Positions 48,337 to 58,781 of a stretch of DNA of 64,000 bases are shown one piece after another; positions within the stretch are counted from its first letter, which is position 1, and each line of letters begins with the position of its first letter. The position numbers were made by a program, and so were the translations under genes. Below the pieces are notes generated by a model that made no database searches, was not told the origin of the DNA, and saw only the letters and a list, made by a program, of their open reading frames with translations. This DNA is from a virus (taxonomy: Duplodnaviria > Caudoviricetes): the IMG/VR virus record IMGVR_UViG_3300035682_000031, positions 1,223 to 65,222 of that record. One strand, written 5' to 3'.

Positions 48337-48872
48337 CACTCGACGCTAAATTTTTCGCAGGCATTAAAAAGACCGTATTCGGTGGCAAATTGAAACAGTC
48401 ACAAGTAGACGGATTGAATGCTGTATATACGGCTGCCAGAGCGGCTACAAACGATCGCCGATGGATTGCCTATATGCTGGCCACGGCAACATGGGAAACC
48501 GCCTCTACGATGCAGCCTATTGCCGAATACGGCAAAGGCAAAGGTCGTAAGTATGGTGTCATGGACGCGATCACGCGTCAGACATACTACGGTCGGGGTT
48601 ATGTGCAGCTTACGTGGCATTACAATTATTTGAAGATGGGTGAGATTCTGGGTATTGACTTGGTTCACAATCCGGACTTGTCCATGCAGCCAGACGTTGC
48701 GGCTGAGATCCTGGTGATCGGCATGACACGCGGTACGTTCACAGGGCGCAAGTTGGAGGACTACTTCAACAAGACCAAATGTGATTGGGTCAGCGCCCGC
48801 CGTATTATAAACGGCACAGATAAGGCGCGAGAGATCGCTACCATCGCCGAGAAGTACTTTGTCCTGATATAA
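48333..48872 (+). CDS. endolysin, GH19 (chitinase-like) family
   Basis: [22 protein letters not shown] and ARRIING motifs. Confidence 0.88.
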   Translation: MTLDAKFFAGIKKTVFGGKLKQSQVDGLNAVYTAARAATNDRRWIAYMLATATWETASTMQPIAEYGKGKGRKYGVMDAITRQTYYGRGYVQLTWHYNYLKMGEILGIDLVHNPDLSMQPDVAAEILVIGMTRGTFTGRKLEDYFNKTKCDWVSARRIINGTDKAREIATIAEKYFVLI

Positions 48873-48899
48873 GAAAAGCCCCGCATTGCGGGGCTTTTC
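48873..48899. terminator. bidirectional Rho-independent terminator
   Basis: GAAAAGCCCCGC-ATT-GCGGGGCTTTTC between convergent operons. Confidence 0.9.
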
Positions 48900-48905
48900 G
48901 TTGAG

Positions 48906-49397
48906 TTATAGAAAGTCGCTGACTTTCAGATCGTCGATTCCGAACCCAGTCACGCAGGCGCCTTTTTCGACGCTACAAACAATCGTTATGGCTGATGGGT
49001 CGTTTATTGTACGGTGCAATACTTGCGCAGCGAAGCAGTACGGCTCATTTCCTATAGCATAGAACCCGTCTGCGGGTAGATGAACAACAACACCGTGATC
49101 AACTTGCAAAACGCTGCACGCCTGTTCAACACGGTCAACTTCCACCACGAGCGCACGCATGTCTTCAAACGTTGGAAATTCCCAACAGTCGCTCGGTGTC
49201 AAATTCTCGACGCATTTGGTTATCTGGTTAAGAAAATTACCAACTTCTGGGAGAGATCCCGCAACACCTACTAGATAGGTAAATCGGTCTCTCGGCGAAT
49301 AGATCGAATACACTTTCCGGAAGGCGTGTGTAAAAGCTCCAGCACTGCACACTCGATCTGCGGCGAGGACGCCGTCTTTGTAAACAACAATAGTCAT
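48906..49397 (-). CDS. Ntn-hydrolase (HslV/proteasome beta-like) peptidase
   Basis: N-terminal MTIVVYKDGVLAAD, GVAG and YAIG motifs. Confidence 0.65.
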   Translation of the reverse strand: MTIVVYKDGVLAADRVCSAGAFTHAFRKVYSIYSPRDRFTYLVGVAGSLPEVGNFLNQITKCVENLTPSDCWEFPTFEDMRALVVEVDRVEQACSVLQVDHGVVVHLPADGFYAIGNEPYCFAAQVLHRTINDPSAITIVCSVEKGACVTGFGIDDLKVSDFL

Positions 49398-49750
49398 TCT
49401 TCAATCCTTTCATACATTCTGGCATGTATTGGGTAACCATAAGTCTTTGTTTTTGCTGGTGACAACACGCGCACCAACCCTTCGCCAACCATACGCTGGA
49501 GTACAACTTGCGCCGTGGGGCGTGTGCATTCGCCGATACGCTGGACGTCTCCAGTCGTCATGCGCGGCGTCTCTTTGTAATTTTCCAGCAGAGTGTCACG
49601 CAGTGCGATATAACGACGTTCTCCAGCGCGTTTCACTTTTTCTCCGCAGGCGATATAATCCTTTCTCTTTCTCTTTCGCTTTTTGCGAGTTGGTAACATT
49701 TGCGGCGGGTTAAGCGCCGCAACTACAAGCGCAGCGATTGCTTTATTCAT
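49394..49750 (-). CDS. basic winged-HTH protein
   Basis: Start MNKAI; MTTGDVQRIGECTRPTAQVVLQRMVGEGLV. Confidence 0.55.
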   Translation of the reverse strand: MNKAIAALVVAALNPPQMLPTRKKRKRKRKDYIACGEKVKRAGERRYIALRDTLLENYKETPRMTTGDVQRIGECTRPTAQVVLQRMVGEGLVRVLSPAKTKTYGYPIHARMYERIEE

Positions 49751-52700
49751 GCGTCTTCTCCGGTTCTGGTAGTTGCAAAATACGACGAGCATCTGCATTG
49801 GTAAGGTCGATCTCCCACGCACGCTCACTGCCAGAGCTTTGGGCTAACGAAGTATTGGACAACATACGTTTCACCGTCCGGATACCACCTACAGCTTGGA
49901 ATGCGGTCGTCATTGCACTTGTCGATATATTATTGACTTTACAATACTCAGCCATACCAGACACGGTAATCCACATTTTGTGTGAGTATTCCTCAACACG
50001 AATCAAAACACTTTGTCGTGGCACAGCATCGAACACATGCGTTTTTTCTTGGCTGATAATGAGGCGTCGATCTAAATGACTGTTCAGGAAGCGTGCTAAT
50101 AAGTCTTCGGATTTCAACTCGTTCTGACCCGACTTGGCACCCATGAACCGAATGTGATTGATCGCAAATTCCTCGACCTCGGCCATATCGAACGGATGCA
50201 ATCCGAGCATAGCACCAACTTTTCCGCCGACAACAACTGCGGTAGCATGTTCAACCCAAAAACGGCTTTGGAATTGTTCTACGCCACAGGCGAGTTGAAT
50301 CTTCTCTTGCGTTTCGATCCACATACGTTGAGCTTCCTCGCGGTTTACAACTATCCAGTCGATCAGGATACGTCCCGCTACGCCTGAGAATTTTTCCGTT
50401 TCTCGCGCAATTCGGGTACCCAATGTAGGGTCTGCACTGAACCACGGCAAAACATCACATTCGAATTCTGTGACGCGCCCAACAACCGCAGTCAATGCAG
50501 CGCGATCCTGAGCCACTTTATCCCAAATAGATGTGTTGCCGGTCGAGTAGATGAAAGACCCCCAACGGTTGCCCCCTGATCGGATGTCGTCGACGTTACC
50601 CTGCATACGTTCTTTGGTTTTCATGTCCGTGGTTGTATAAACCAAATCGACAATAAACTTAGCCGTACCTTCAGTAATCTCATCTCGGAGCAACGGGACA
50701 CTATTCAGATACCCCAGATTGGCAACGAGAGCGTTCACAGTCGCACCAGAACCTGTGCCCTTGAACGTGATTTCCCGTGGATCCCCAAAAACGCGCATGG
50801 CTAACTGCGCGGCCGCAGTCTTGCCTCGACCAGTACCGTCTGAGTACAAGTGTATGATCCCCGATCGGTTATCATGCGGGCTGAACGCCGCAGACATGGG
50901 AGCGCCCATCGCAGCACATATGACGTATTGGGCAATCATTGATTCTGGTCGATTCGGGTAGGCTTGACTAAGCAATTCGTTCCATACTTCCAGAGGAGGC
51001 CGCCCTGCCGGGGCTGTGTAAGTCATGACCTTTAGGATTTTTTTGGCTAACACCGTGTCGTTCACTGGTGCTGGGCGTGGGCCGTTGCGTGTAAACTCCT
51101 GGTTGCCGTAAATGAACGTATTGTCCTCCGTCCAGCCCATCTGACTCGGCGCTGTTCGCGCTCGACTGTTATCGCCGAGTTGCTTAATCATACGTTGTGC
51201 GTATGTTTTCATGTGTTTCTTCTCCGTTTCTTGAATGTGTATACCTACGCCCCATAGCTTGGCAAAGAATGTTTCGCCGCCCGCAGCTACCATCTCGGAT
51301 GTAAGTTCAAACTCTTTAACGCCGTCGTGTTTAGAATGAAATCTGCACCAGTACCGAGCGCGTTCGATGTCATCAATACGCTCATAGATGTAGACGTCTG
51401 TGTTCCAAACTTCGATCTCTTTGTCAACGAAAAATACTGTTCCATCACCGTTCTCCACACGTTCTTTGGACATCAAATAGATGCCGCCTTCGGGCTTGCG
51501 ATAGTACGGGAAAGGATAGCTAGGGATACCGAATTCTTCCTCGACATTTGTATCGCGTGACAACGGGGCCTTAACGATCACAGGTATGTTGTTTGGATTC
51601 ATACCCAAAACAATCGGTGATTTTATACGTCCTTTATGCGGGCAACCTTTACATCGATCAGGTGCCATCGATTCAAACGAATCACATGTGTACGGTCCTT
51701 TGCAAGCGGCGGCTTTGAGTTCGGTTTCTTCCGGCGTGTAGCCGGCATACTCGGAAGAAATTCCATGCACCCATTCATCCCGATCGTCGCAGAAGTTTGC
51801 GATTGATAACCCAGCGCGCCAGAGTGGTTCGCTGACCGTATCTTGGTGGTTGTAGATGAAATCGATTTGTGCACACCCAGCACGTTCGACCTTGCCCAGC
51901 ATAATGATCTTTTTGAACGCCACGGGGTTGCCTTGTGGAACCATAAGACCAAGATCTGCTGTCGCATAATCCGGTGCTGGGGTAAACTCAATACCTCCTA
52001 CGGGGGTTGTATGCACAACCTCGCGGACGCTACGGGTGGCAGTGAGTTCTGACTCGAATGGGGCAATAGCGTCCAACAGACTTTGGTACGTTATCGGTTC
52101 ATCTTGATACACAGTTTCAACAACACGACCGGACTTACTGTGTACTGTACCGACCGGACGCAAAACAGAAGCAGCATCTGCGGTTCGTGTCGGATCTACT
52201 TTAAGTCCTACCAAGGCCAACAGAGCCTTTAACTTCAACGCGGTTTGCAACCATTCAGCATAAGGTACATCTTCGGTAAGTGCCCAAAATACATGCAGCC
52301 CTGCGCCAGACGAGTTGATAAACGTAGGCGCGGGAAACTCCGCTGCTTCTATAAATGTGAGTAGTTGATTAAATGCTTCATCGTACGTCTCATAAGAATT
52401 GGCTGGGTCTTTGGCAAATTTGTCGAAGCCGGCATCGATGTCAAGCCAAAAAGCTCTCAGGGCGATACACTTTTCGGCCAATCGACGCGGTTTCTCACCT
52501 TCCCAAGATTCGAAAGCCCCCAGAGCAAAATACACATCGGAGGCTTTCGTTGCCACCCAATCAATTGCGCGTTGAGTTTCACTAGCATTTGCCAGATCAA
52601 CCCAACGATGAATCATGTACTGGCTGTTTTCTTCTGTAGCGGGAACCAAACCCGTGATCGCGTTTCTCCCCTGCCGACTTGTGAGCAGTGCCAGATCCAT
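49743..52700 (-). CDS. DNA primase-helicase (AEP/RepB-like primase, Cys cluster, DUF927-type helicase)
   Basis: FWLDID, SSGAGLHVFW, LRPVGT; C..C..CKGCPH cluster; Walker A GTGRGKT; Walker B LLRDE. Confidence 0.85.
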   Translation of the reverse strand: MDLALLTSRQGRNAITGLVPATEENSQYMIHRWVDLANASETQRAIDWVATKASDVYFALGAFESWEGEKPRRLAEKCIALRAFWLDIDAGFDKFAKDPANSYETYDEAFNQLLTFIEAAEFPAPTFINSSGAGLHVFWALTEDVPYAEWLQTALKLKALLALVGLKVDPTRTADAASVLRPVGTVHSKSGRVVETVYQDEPITYQSLLDAIAPFESELTATRSVREVVHTTPVGGIEFTPAPDYATADLGLMVPQGNPVAFKKIIMLGKVERAGCAQIDFIYNHQDTVSEPLWRAGLSIANFCDDRDEWVHGISSEYAGYTPEETELKAAACKGPYTCDSFESMAPDRCKGCPHKGRIKSPIVLGMNPNNIPVIVKAPLSRDTNVEEEFGIPSYPFPYYRKPEGGIYLMSKERVENGDGTVFFVDKEIEVWNTDVYIYERIDDIERARYWCRFHSKHDGVKEFELTSEMVAAGGETFFAKLWGVGIHIQETEKKHMKTYAQRMIKQLGDNSRARTAPSQMGWTEDNTFIYGNQEFTRNGPRPAPVNDTVLAKKILKVMTYTAPAGRPPLEVWNELLSQAYPNRPESMIAQYVICAAMGAPMSAAFSPHDNRSGIIHLYSDGTGRGKTAAAQLAMRVFGDPREITFKGTGSGATVNALVANLGYLNSVPLLRDEITEGTAKFIVDLVYTTTDMKTKERMQGNVDDIRSGGNRWGSFIYSTGNTSIWDKVAQDRAALTAVVGRVTEFECDVLPWFSADPTLGTRIARETEKFSGVAGRILIDWIVVNREEAQRMWIETQEKIQLACGVEQFQSRFWVEHATAVVVGGKVGAMLGLHPFDMAEVEEFAINHIRFMGAKSGQNELKSEDLLARFLNSHLDRRLIISQEKTHVFDAVPRQSVLIRVEEYSHKMWITVSGMAEYCKVNNISTSAMTTAFQAVGGIRTVKRMLSNTSLAQSSGSERAWEIDLTNADARRILQLPEPEKTHE

Positions 52701-52715
52701 AAATACTCCTGACGG

Positions 52716-53075
52716 TTAAGGGGTTTTCTGCGATAACATTACGTCGAGTGTTAACAGCAGTATAGCTTCGATTTTTGATCCATCGGTTGTCGGTAATAAA
52801 CCTCGGCTATGTGCTTCATTCAGCAGAGAGGTGAATTGCCGCACAGAAACCATTTCAGCTGGGGACAAATCCTTAGTCCCCCGAAAGATAGTGGTTAGTG
52901 TTTTATCCGACACGCCAATCAGTGACGCGATAATTTGCGAAGGCACACGGGCAATCATAATGGCATCCCAAAAAGCCCGAACCTCCGAGCCTTCTGGGAA
53001 CATCTTCTCAACACAAGATTGCGTTAGCTTTGCAACACGAAACCGATTGGCTGAGTTGTGTTGGGGGGATTCCAT
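52716..53075 (-). CDS. HTH-containing protein
   Basis: IIASLIGVSDKTLTTIFRG. Confidence 0.55.
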   Translation of the reverse strand: MESPQHNSANRFRVAKLTQSCVEKMFPEGSEVRAFWDAIMIARVPSQIIASLIGVSDKTLTTIFRGTKDLSPAEMVSVRQFTSLLNEAHSRGLLPTTDGSKIEAILLLTLDVMLSQKTP

Positions 53076-53078
53076 TTG

Positions 53079-54260
53079 TTATCCTTTCGCTGCTTGTTGA
53101 GCGGCCATCTTCGCACGGATCTTTTCGACTGTGCTCATGCCCGCTTGCGGATCAGTTGTCGGTGCTGCCGCCGCTACAGGTTGAGCTGCTACTTCTGGTG
53201 CCGCCGGTTGAGCTGCTACTTCTGGTGCCGCCGGTTGAGCCGCCGGTTGTTCAACAATTATCACGTCGATCACCGGTAAAGGTTCCGGCGTTGCTACAGG
53301 TTCCGGCGTTGCTACAGGTTGAGCGGCTACAGGTTGAGCGGCTACAGGTTGAGCGGCTACAGGTTGAGCGGCTACAGGTTGAGAAGCGGGTTGAGCAGCG
53401 GGTTGAGCAGCGGGTTGAGCAGCTACAGGTTGAGCAGCTACAGGTTGAGCAGCTACAGGTTGAGCAGCTACAGGTTGAGCAGCTACAGGTTGAGCAGCTA
53501 CAGGTTGTACTGGAGCTGCCAACGCTGGCGTTTGTGGCGGATTCAAAACACTCTTCAATTTCTCAGAGCCAACCAACGAACGCACACGCTCAAACGACGC
53601 TTCGTCAGCCCAAGACTTCCACGAGAATCGCATACCTTCGGTCTGGCCAATGGGATATGAAATCGTTGTGATCATCTTTGCCATGTCCATGTCTACGCCT
53701 GATGATGCGCTTTGTGCTTTGGCCAAAGCCGTGCTGTAAGCATTCAAACCAAACCATTGACGACCGTCTACTGGAGGTTCGTTCTTAGAAAAAATACCTT
53801 TAGCCGAGACGCGCAATTCAAAAACTTCGTCTGGAATGCCAGGCAAAATAACTGCCAAACGTTTTGTGTAGCCGCAAGCGCGACCACGACCGCCTTGGCC
53901 TGATCCGTCGACGTTGTTTGGGCACACGTCGCAAGATGCTGCGGCTTTATGTTCGACGTGTGCGTCTGGTACATCACCAAGCAGGGACGAACAAGTAGGA
54001 GCCGCGTTTTCGCCTTTTACAAACTGTCCGGCATACCACACACGAGATACCGCGCGCGCGTCTGGCATAGCGCCGATGATGATTACATCCAGCTCTCGAT
54101 AAGTACCGCCAAATTGTTGCTCTCCAGCCAAGACACGGAACACGCCGCCTTCACCGCTAATGCGCGGGTTTGCTGCAACGGCCATCGCATTGAGGCCGGA
54201 ATTTAACTTTTCAGTTGCAAAGGCTGGTAATTGTTGGGTAATAAGTGCTAAATCAGACAT
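53079..54260 (-). CDS. putative ssDNA-binding protein with QPVAA repeat linker
   Basis: Conserved-looking N-terminal domain (PTCSS..G..PD, CDVCP.N..GSG, RAC...RLAV) in the replication module; Pro/Ala-rich C-terminus. Confidence 0.6.
   Translation of the reverse strand: MSDLALITQQLPAFATEKLNSGLNAMAVAANPRISGEGGVFRVLAGEQQFGGTYRELDVIIIGAMPDARAVSRVWYAGQFVKGENAAPTCSSLLGDVPDAHVEHKAAASCDVCPNNVDGSGQGGRGRACGYTKRLAVILPGIPDEVFELRVSAKGIFSKNEPPVDGRQWFGLNAYSTALAKAQSASSGVDMDMAKMITTISYPIGQTEGMRFSWKSWADEASFERVRSLVGSEKLKSVLNPPQTPALAAPVQPVAAQPVAAQPVAAQPVAAQPVAAQPVAAQPAAQPAAQPASQPVAAQPVAAQPVAAQPVAAQPVATPEPVATPEPLPVIDVIIVEQPAAQPAAPEVAAQPAAPEVAAQPVAAAAPTTDPQAGMSTVEKIRAKMAAQQAAKG
53170..53510. repeat. 15-nt tandem repeat (GGTTGAGC(A/G)GCTACA) plus 12/18/24-nt variants
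   Basis: Directly visible; encodes QPVAA, QPAA and PEPVAT. Confidence 0.92.
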
Positions 54261-54265
54261 GGTGT

Positions 54266-54886
54266 TTACTCCGTTGTAGTTGAGGTGGGTTTGCTGCGTG
54301 GTTTAGTGACCACAGGGTTATACTCGGTTGAAAAATCTACGCCGTCGGGTAGTGAAATCTTACGAAGTTGATCACTTAATTCTTTAGCGTAGTCGGGAAA
54401 TTCAGCTTGGTTTTCTGCGATCTCTTTGCGCAATTCGTTCGCGTCGTGCTCACGTTGCTCTAAGAACTTGGCCAGATTAGTTGTTGCTAATCGCATTTGC
54501 AGAACGTCAATATTACCAGTTTCTTTGACCCATGTGTAAAGTTCTCCTTGGTCTCGAACACGATATTTTTTGTCGACACGTAGAACCACAGTGCCGTAAA
54601 CGGTTTTGACGGTTTGGGTGTCTTTCAGGGCAAGAATCTTAACGCGTAGTTCATCACGGATAAGCTGCATGTCGTTATCTAACCCTTCCATCTCCGCATC
54701 GTGTCGGGCTTGCATTGCGGCTTTAGCGTCTCGCAGTTCGATGAATTTGTAGGTTAGGTTGGCGATGTTAGCGGCCTTGAGCGCGTTGAGTTTGTCATCT
54801 TCACTAAGATCTTCGAGGACGGCTGCGAACTCTTCTGGCGTAAGCCCGCTGATCAGATCGATGAGATCTTGGTCTGGGGTTGTCAT
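54266..54886 (-). CDS. coiled-coil replication-module protein
   Basis: 206 aa; ELRDAK and VKT.YGTV motifs; AGGAG SD. Confidence 0.7.
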   Translation of the reverse strand: MTTPDQDLIDLISGLTPEEFAAVLEDLSEDDKLNALKAANIANLTYKFIELRDAKAAMQARHDAEMEGLDNDMQLIRDELRVKILALKDTQTVKTVYGTVVLRVDKKYRVRDQGELYTWVKETGNIDVLQMRLATTNLAKFLEQREHDANELRKEIAENQAEFPDYAKELSDQLRKISLPDGVDFSTEYNPVVTKPRSKPTSTTTE

Positions 54887-54913
54887 GGGGGGATTCTCCT
54901 ATAAAGTGTGTAA

Positions 54914-54942
54914 ATTGTAACCTATTGCGTGTCCTGTGTCAA
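54914..54942 (-). promoter_or_regulatory. sigma70-type promoter
   Basis: TTGACA-17 nt-TACAAT with the GTAACCTAT motif over the -10. Confidence 0.75.
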
Positions 54943-56543
54943 ATAGATTTAATCATTTGTTGATACATTCCGAGCAGATCGTTTTGCCAATCTTGTCGAT
55001 TGTCCAACGCTTCATAATACTTTTTCTCAGTGTCGGTCGCATAGATCCGGGCTCGCACCATAGATTGTGTTTGTCCGGGGCGATCCATCCGCTCGTTCGC
55101 CTGTTGAAAAATCTCAGGCTTGATGAGTGGGCTGACCCAGATTGTCGTGTTGGCGGCGGTGAGCGTGAGACCGTGTGCGATCGTATCAGGGATGGCCAGA
55201 ATCACTTCGATATCCTGAGTGCGTTGAAACTTGTGCATGATCTCATCACGCTTGGCTCCTGACACGCCGCCGTGGATCACTGCGACCTTGTAGTCCTTCT
55301 CCAAGTGCTTCTGCACCAGTTCCAACGTGTGACGGTACGGGACGACTACGATTGATTTGCCCAGCGGTTCATCCCACGACCCAATGCCTGATGCTCGTCC
55401 CTCTTCGATCAACTGAACGATTTCTTCGATGCGAGGTTTGCTGTCTACAGCAACGGCGTTACCCTCGTCGTCATAAACTGCACCAACAAGGATCTGCATG
55501 TACTTGGTTAATGCAGCCGCAGCGTGGACAGGAGTGATCGTCGTACCATCTGCGGTATACACGACCTCTTTATCCTTGAGTGCCTTCAACATCTTGCGTT
55601 GTTCGGCGGTCATCTCAACCTCTCGCCACGCCTCAGTCGTACCCGGACGGTTCAGCAGCACATCGTTTTTGTCGATGTGGATCGCCGGTTGTAAGGCGTC
55701 GAACACGGTGTCTCGCGCGTTCTTTTTAGGAACCCAGCGAAACGGTCCTTGTTGGTTCATTGTCATAAACTTCCAGTGCGTGATGAACTCTGGCACGCGC
55801 TCGGGACAAACCAACTTAGCTTGACCAAATGCGTCCTCTGGACTCTTAGGTGTTGGCGAACCCGTGAACAGCCACACACGCTTGGCCTTGTGGGTCAGTG
55901 CGTTCATTCGTTGCCAACGATCAGTGTTTGCGTTTTTAAACGCTGTTGACTCGTCGATCATAATTAGATCGTAGTCGTTTGCAAGCAACTGATCGTGCAC
56001 AACCGAGAGACCGTCGTGGTTGATGATGTGAAAAACAGTGTTCTCTTTGACACGACGTTCACGAGTCTTCTTGTCACCGCGCAGCAGGGTATAAGCGAAC
56101 CGAGGCACGAGATCAAACAACGTGTCCCCCCAAGCAGGTTTCATGGTTGTCTTCGTGCATACGATCAACACGCGCTTCACTTCGCCGATGGATATTAAAT
56201 AATCTGCTGCCCACACACCTGACGCTGTCTTGCCCACACCCATGCCACCGAAACAAAACGACCGGTGATGGGTCGTTAGAAAGTTTACGATCCGCTCTTG
56301 GTGATGGTATGGCGGGTACTTACCCCGCATGAACGGGTACTCGTAATCTCGGATAGCCGTAGACGCAGACGGAGCGCCGAGACGTGCCAGAGATACCATG
56401 TTCTCGTATGTCCACTCCACACCGATCTCGAACGAGCCGTCAGTCCACTCTTGACCAAGCACGGCGTTCGGTATGGTCTGACACACAAGATTGTGCATCT
56501 TGGTTCGGATAATCAGTGTTTCCTCGTCGAGAACTTCGATCAT
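54939..56543 (-). CDS. SNF2-like (SF2) DNA helicase
   Basis: MGVGKT, IDEST, TGSP, HGLTLT and QA.ERMDRPGQ motifs. Confidence 0.9.
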   Translation of the reverse strand: MIEVLDEETLIIRTKMHNLVCQTIPNAVLGQEWTDGSFEIGVEWTYENMVSLARLGAPSASTAIRDYEYPFMRGKYPPYHHQERIVNFLTTHHRSFCFGGMGVGKTASGVWAADYLISIGEVKRVLIVCTKTTMKPAWGDTLFDLVPRFAYTLLRGDKKTRERRVKENTVFHIINHDGLSVVHDQLLANDYDLIMIDESTAFKNANTDRWQRMNALTHKAKRVWLFTGSPTPKSPEDAFGQAKLVCPERVPEFITHWKFMTMNQQGPFRWVPKKNARDTVFDALQPAIHIDKNDVLLNRPGTTEAWREVEMTAEQRKMLKALKDKEVVYTADGTTITPVHAAAALTKYMQILVGAVYDDEGNAVAVDSKPRIEEIVQLIEEGRASGIGSWDEPLGKSIVVVPYRHTLELVQKHLEKDYKVAVIHGGVSGAKRDEIMHKFQRTQDIEVILAIPDTIAHGLTLTAANTTIWVSPLIKPEIFQQANERMDRPGQTQSMVRARIYATDTEKKYYEALDNRQDWQNDLLGMYQQMIKSI

Positions 56544-56715
56544 TTTTCTGACTCCATGTGAATGCCGATGTTGAATAGTTCGAGTGATAGCGCGAGAACT
56601 TGTTCACGACTTAACCAAACGTTATTGTGAGGTTCTTCGTATGACTCAAGTATCAACTCGGTGTCGAGTCTTCCATGCACCAGTACACGCTCATCGACTA
56701 ATAAGTTTAAAACGC

Positions 56716-57555
56716 TCATGATATAAATTCCATGTAGTCAGGTAACAAATGTAATGCAACGGCAGCAAAAGCTCGGACGGGATCGCGGTGTTCAGACTCT
56801 TGCGAAGACAACTTTAATTCACGAACCAGCAGCATGTTTGGTTTGGCATCGCTGACGTCGCCGAAGTTATTGATCTTGCACAACACCTGATCCGTATCGA
56901 AACTTGCCTTGGTAAACTGATAATCCAGTTCAAGGTTTTCTTGGATGTGTCGATCTTCCAGTGACACATTTGTGAATGACAGAATCTTGTGCAAGTATTG
57001 CATCTCAACATATCGACCCGTAGTAAATTCGCTGGTCTCGCGCGCTCGCATTTTGTGATGAAACGCTGAACCTCGGAATCGATGCAACACGAACTTAACG
57101 TCTCGAAAGACTTCGAGTTTTTTCAACTGTGCTAAAACCATTTTGTACTTTTTCTGTGACGTGCTCGAGATCGCCATGTAATTACCGAACATCATGATAT
57201 GCAATGGTTTTTCTTCCGGCGCTGCGTCCTTGGTCATACTGTCTGTCAGGTCACGCGTGAGTGTTTTGCGTTCGAGCGACGTCGGGATAAGCCCCTCGTC
57301 TTCGCGTAGTTCGAGCAGCATAGCGTCCAATGCGACGCGTACCTTATCCGGCTGCACATATTTACGACGCTCTGTGAACGTCATGACCACACCGTATTCC
57401 GTGTTCGCAACCAACTGATCCGTCTCTTTAGCAACAGGTGAGAACCCGCATTGGTACTTCTCAACGTGCTGCATAGTTGCCGGTAGTCGCAAGGGGTCTA
57501 ACATTTCGGTTGTCAGTTGGACTGTTCGATCCATTTCCAAGTACACGATGTTCAC
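56716..57555 (-). CDS. RdgC-like recombination-associated protein
   Basis: GFSPV, K.V.P..V...L......EG and K.L...L...A pattern of RdgC; similar length. Confidence 0.6.
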   Translation of the reverse strand: MNIVYLEMDRTVQLTTEMLDPLRLPATMQHVEKYQCGFSPVAKETDQLVANTEYGVVMTFTERRKYVQPDKVRVALDAMLLELREDEGLIPTSLERKTLTRDLTDSMTKDAAPEEKPLHIMMFGNYMAISSTSQKKYKMVLAQLKKLEVFRDVKFVLHRFRGSAFHHKMRARETSEFTTGRYVEMQYLHKILSFTNVSLEDRHIQENLELDYQFTKASFDTDQVLCKINNFGDVSDAKPNMLLVRELKLSSQESEHRDPVRAFAAVALHLLPDYMEFIS

Positions 57556-57818
57556 GGTGCCCCCAGTAGTTTTTTCAAACGCTCAATTTCTCTACTGGCG
57601 TCATCTAATTCGATTTCGAGACGGTCCGCGTCTTTTTCGTCAGTGCAGTAATCCAATTGGGCTTCTAAGTCAGCGATCCTGGACTCCATATCGGCACGGT
57701 CATCCGTAAAATCTTCGATCAAAAGTTCAGCCCATGTGGGTAGATTGGTTTCGCATTGGAGGATCGCATACCGTTCGTCAAAAGACAGGCCGCTCTCATT
57801 TAAAATTGGATTAACCAT
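57552..57818 (-). CDS. acidic coiled-coil protein
   Basis: Likely start MVNPI. Confidence 0.55.
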   Translation of the reverse strand: MVNPILNESGLSFDERYAILQCETNLPTWAELLIEDFTDDRADMESRIADLEAQLDYCTDEKDADRLEIELDDASREIERLKKLLGAP

Positions 57819-58089
57819 TATATTGCCCCTCGAATTTTCCATATTCGTAATCGAGGAAATACGCGGACACCATGTCTTTAAATTCATCGGCCACATCGTC
57901 TCGAAACAAATCTCTGTGCCGGTGTCCATCTATGTGGATACTAAGACTATCAAGCGTTGGTTCAGTCGCTGGTTCTGTTTCTGTAGCATCTAAAAATTCA
58001 CCACTGAGATATGCGATCGCGGATGCTATACCAGATAACCCACAAAAATCTTCGAACTCATATTCAAACTCGTAAACATATTTCATCAT
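57811..58089 (-). CDS. acidic hypothetical protein
   Basis: 92 aa, AGGAG SD. Confidence 0.6.
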   Translation of the reverse strand: MMKYVYEFEYEFEDFCGLSGIASAIAYLSGEFLDATETEPATEPTLDSLSIHIDGHRHRDLFRDDVADEFKDMVSAYFLDYEYGKFEGQYNG

Positions 58090-58403
58090 TATTCTCCTAT
58101 CAGCTTTCGGGTCTTTTGCAAGTATTCAATCAGCTTCTGCACACCGCGATCACCAAAACCTCTGTAGCTATTGAACCGTACTGTCCATCGCTCAGTGCTT
58201 GGCCAGAACCGAACTTGGTTTCCGAAGCCATTCTTCATTTCGAGACACTCGTTACCGCGCACATGCTCGAACGTAATATCCGCGTCTCGTAACGCTTGTA
58301 CTCGCTCTTCGATTTCTCGCTGACGTTTTTTCTTCCGTGCATTCCCAGAGCGTAGTTCCGCACAAACGAATATATCTGGGTCAACTGTTGTCTCGTAGCT
58401 CAT
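58089..58403 (-). CDS. hypothetical protein
   Basis: 104 aa; FWPSTERW...RG motif. Confidence 0.6.
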   Translation of the reverse strand: MSYETTVDPDIFVCAELRSGNARKKKRQREIEERVQALRDADITFEHVRGNECLEMKNGFGNQVRFWPSTERWTVRFNSYRGFGDRGVQKLIEYLQKTRKLIGE

Positions 58404-58633
58404 GGCATCTCAACCTTCTCAACCGCGACCAATGCGCGAGCGTCGAACGATAAGTTGTCGTCAACGACGATACGAGACGGGATGGTCACAGGCTCGGTAT
58501 CAAGGCGTTTGCGGAATCGCTCCGCCAAAAGGTATCGGTAAAAGTCATCCGCAGTGATCGGTGCTTCCTGCGGTAAGTGTGCGTCGACGGTTGTGCCGCC
58601 GGCGAGGTAACATCTGAAATGTTGCATAATCAA
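58400..58633 (-). CDS. hypothetical protein
   Basis: 77-aa ORF in the gene chain. Confidence 0.55.
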   Translation of the reverse strand: MIMQHFRCYLAGGTTVDAHLPQEAPITADDFYRYLLAERFRKRLDTEPVTIPSRIVVDDNLSFDARALVAVEKVEMP

Positions 58634-58781
58634 TCCTTAGTAAATGCCACTGGGTGTGTGGGCAAGTAAGTCTTTTGTTATAGGTGTACCTTCGGGATGA
58701 CCGTTGCGCATGTTGTACGTTTCCTCGGTATCTCCCGGGTGAAATTCGTCATCGAACCAGCCATCTAAATAATTTTCCACA

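Noticed and set aside
53030-53671. + strand ORFs with LQVEQ and SYRLS repeats
   Set aside because: Antisense readings of the QPVAA repeat.
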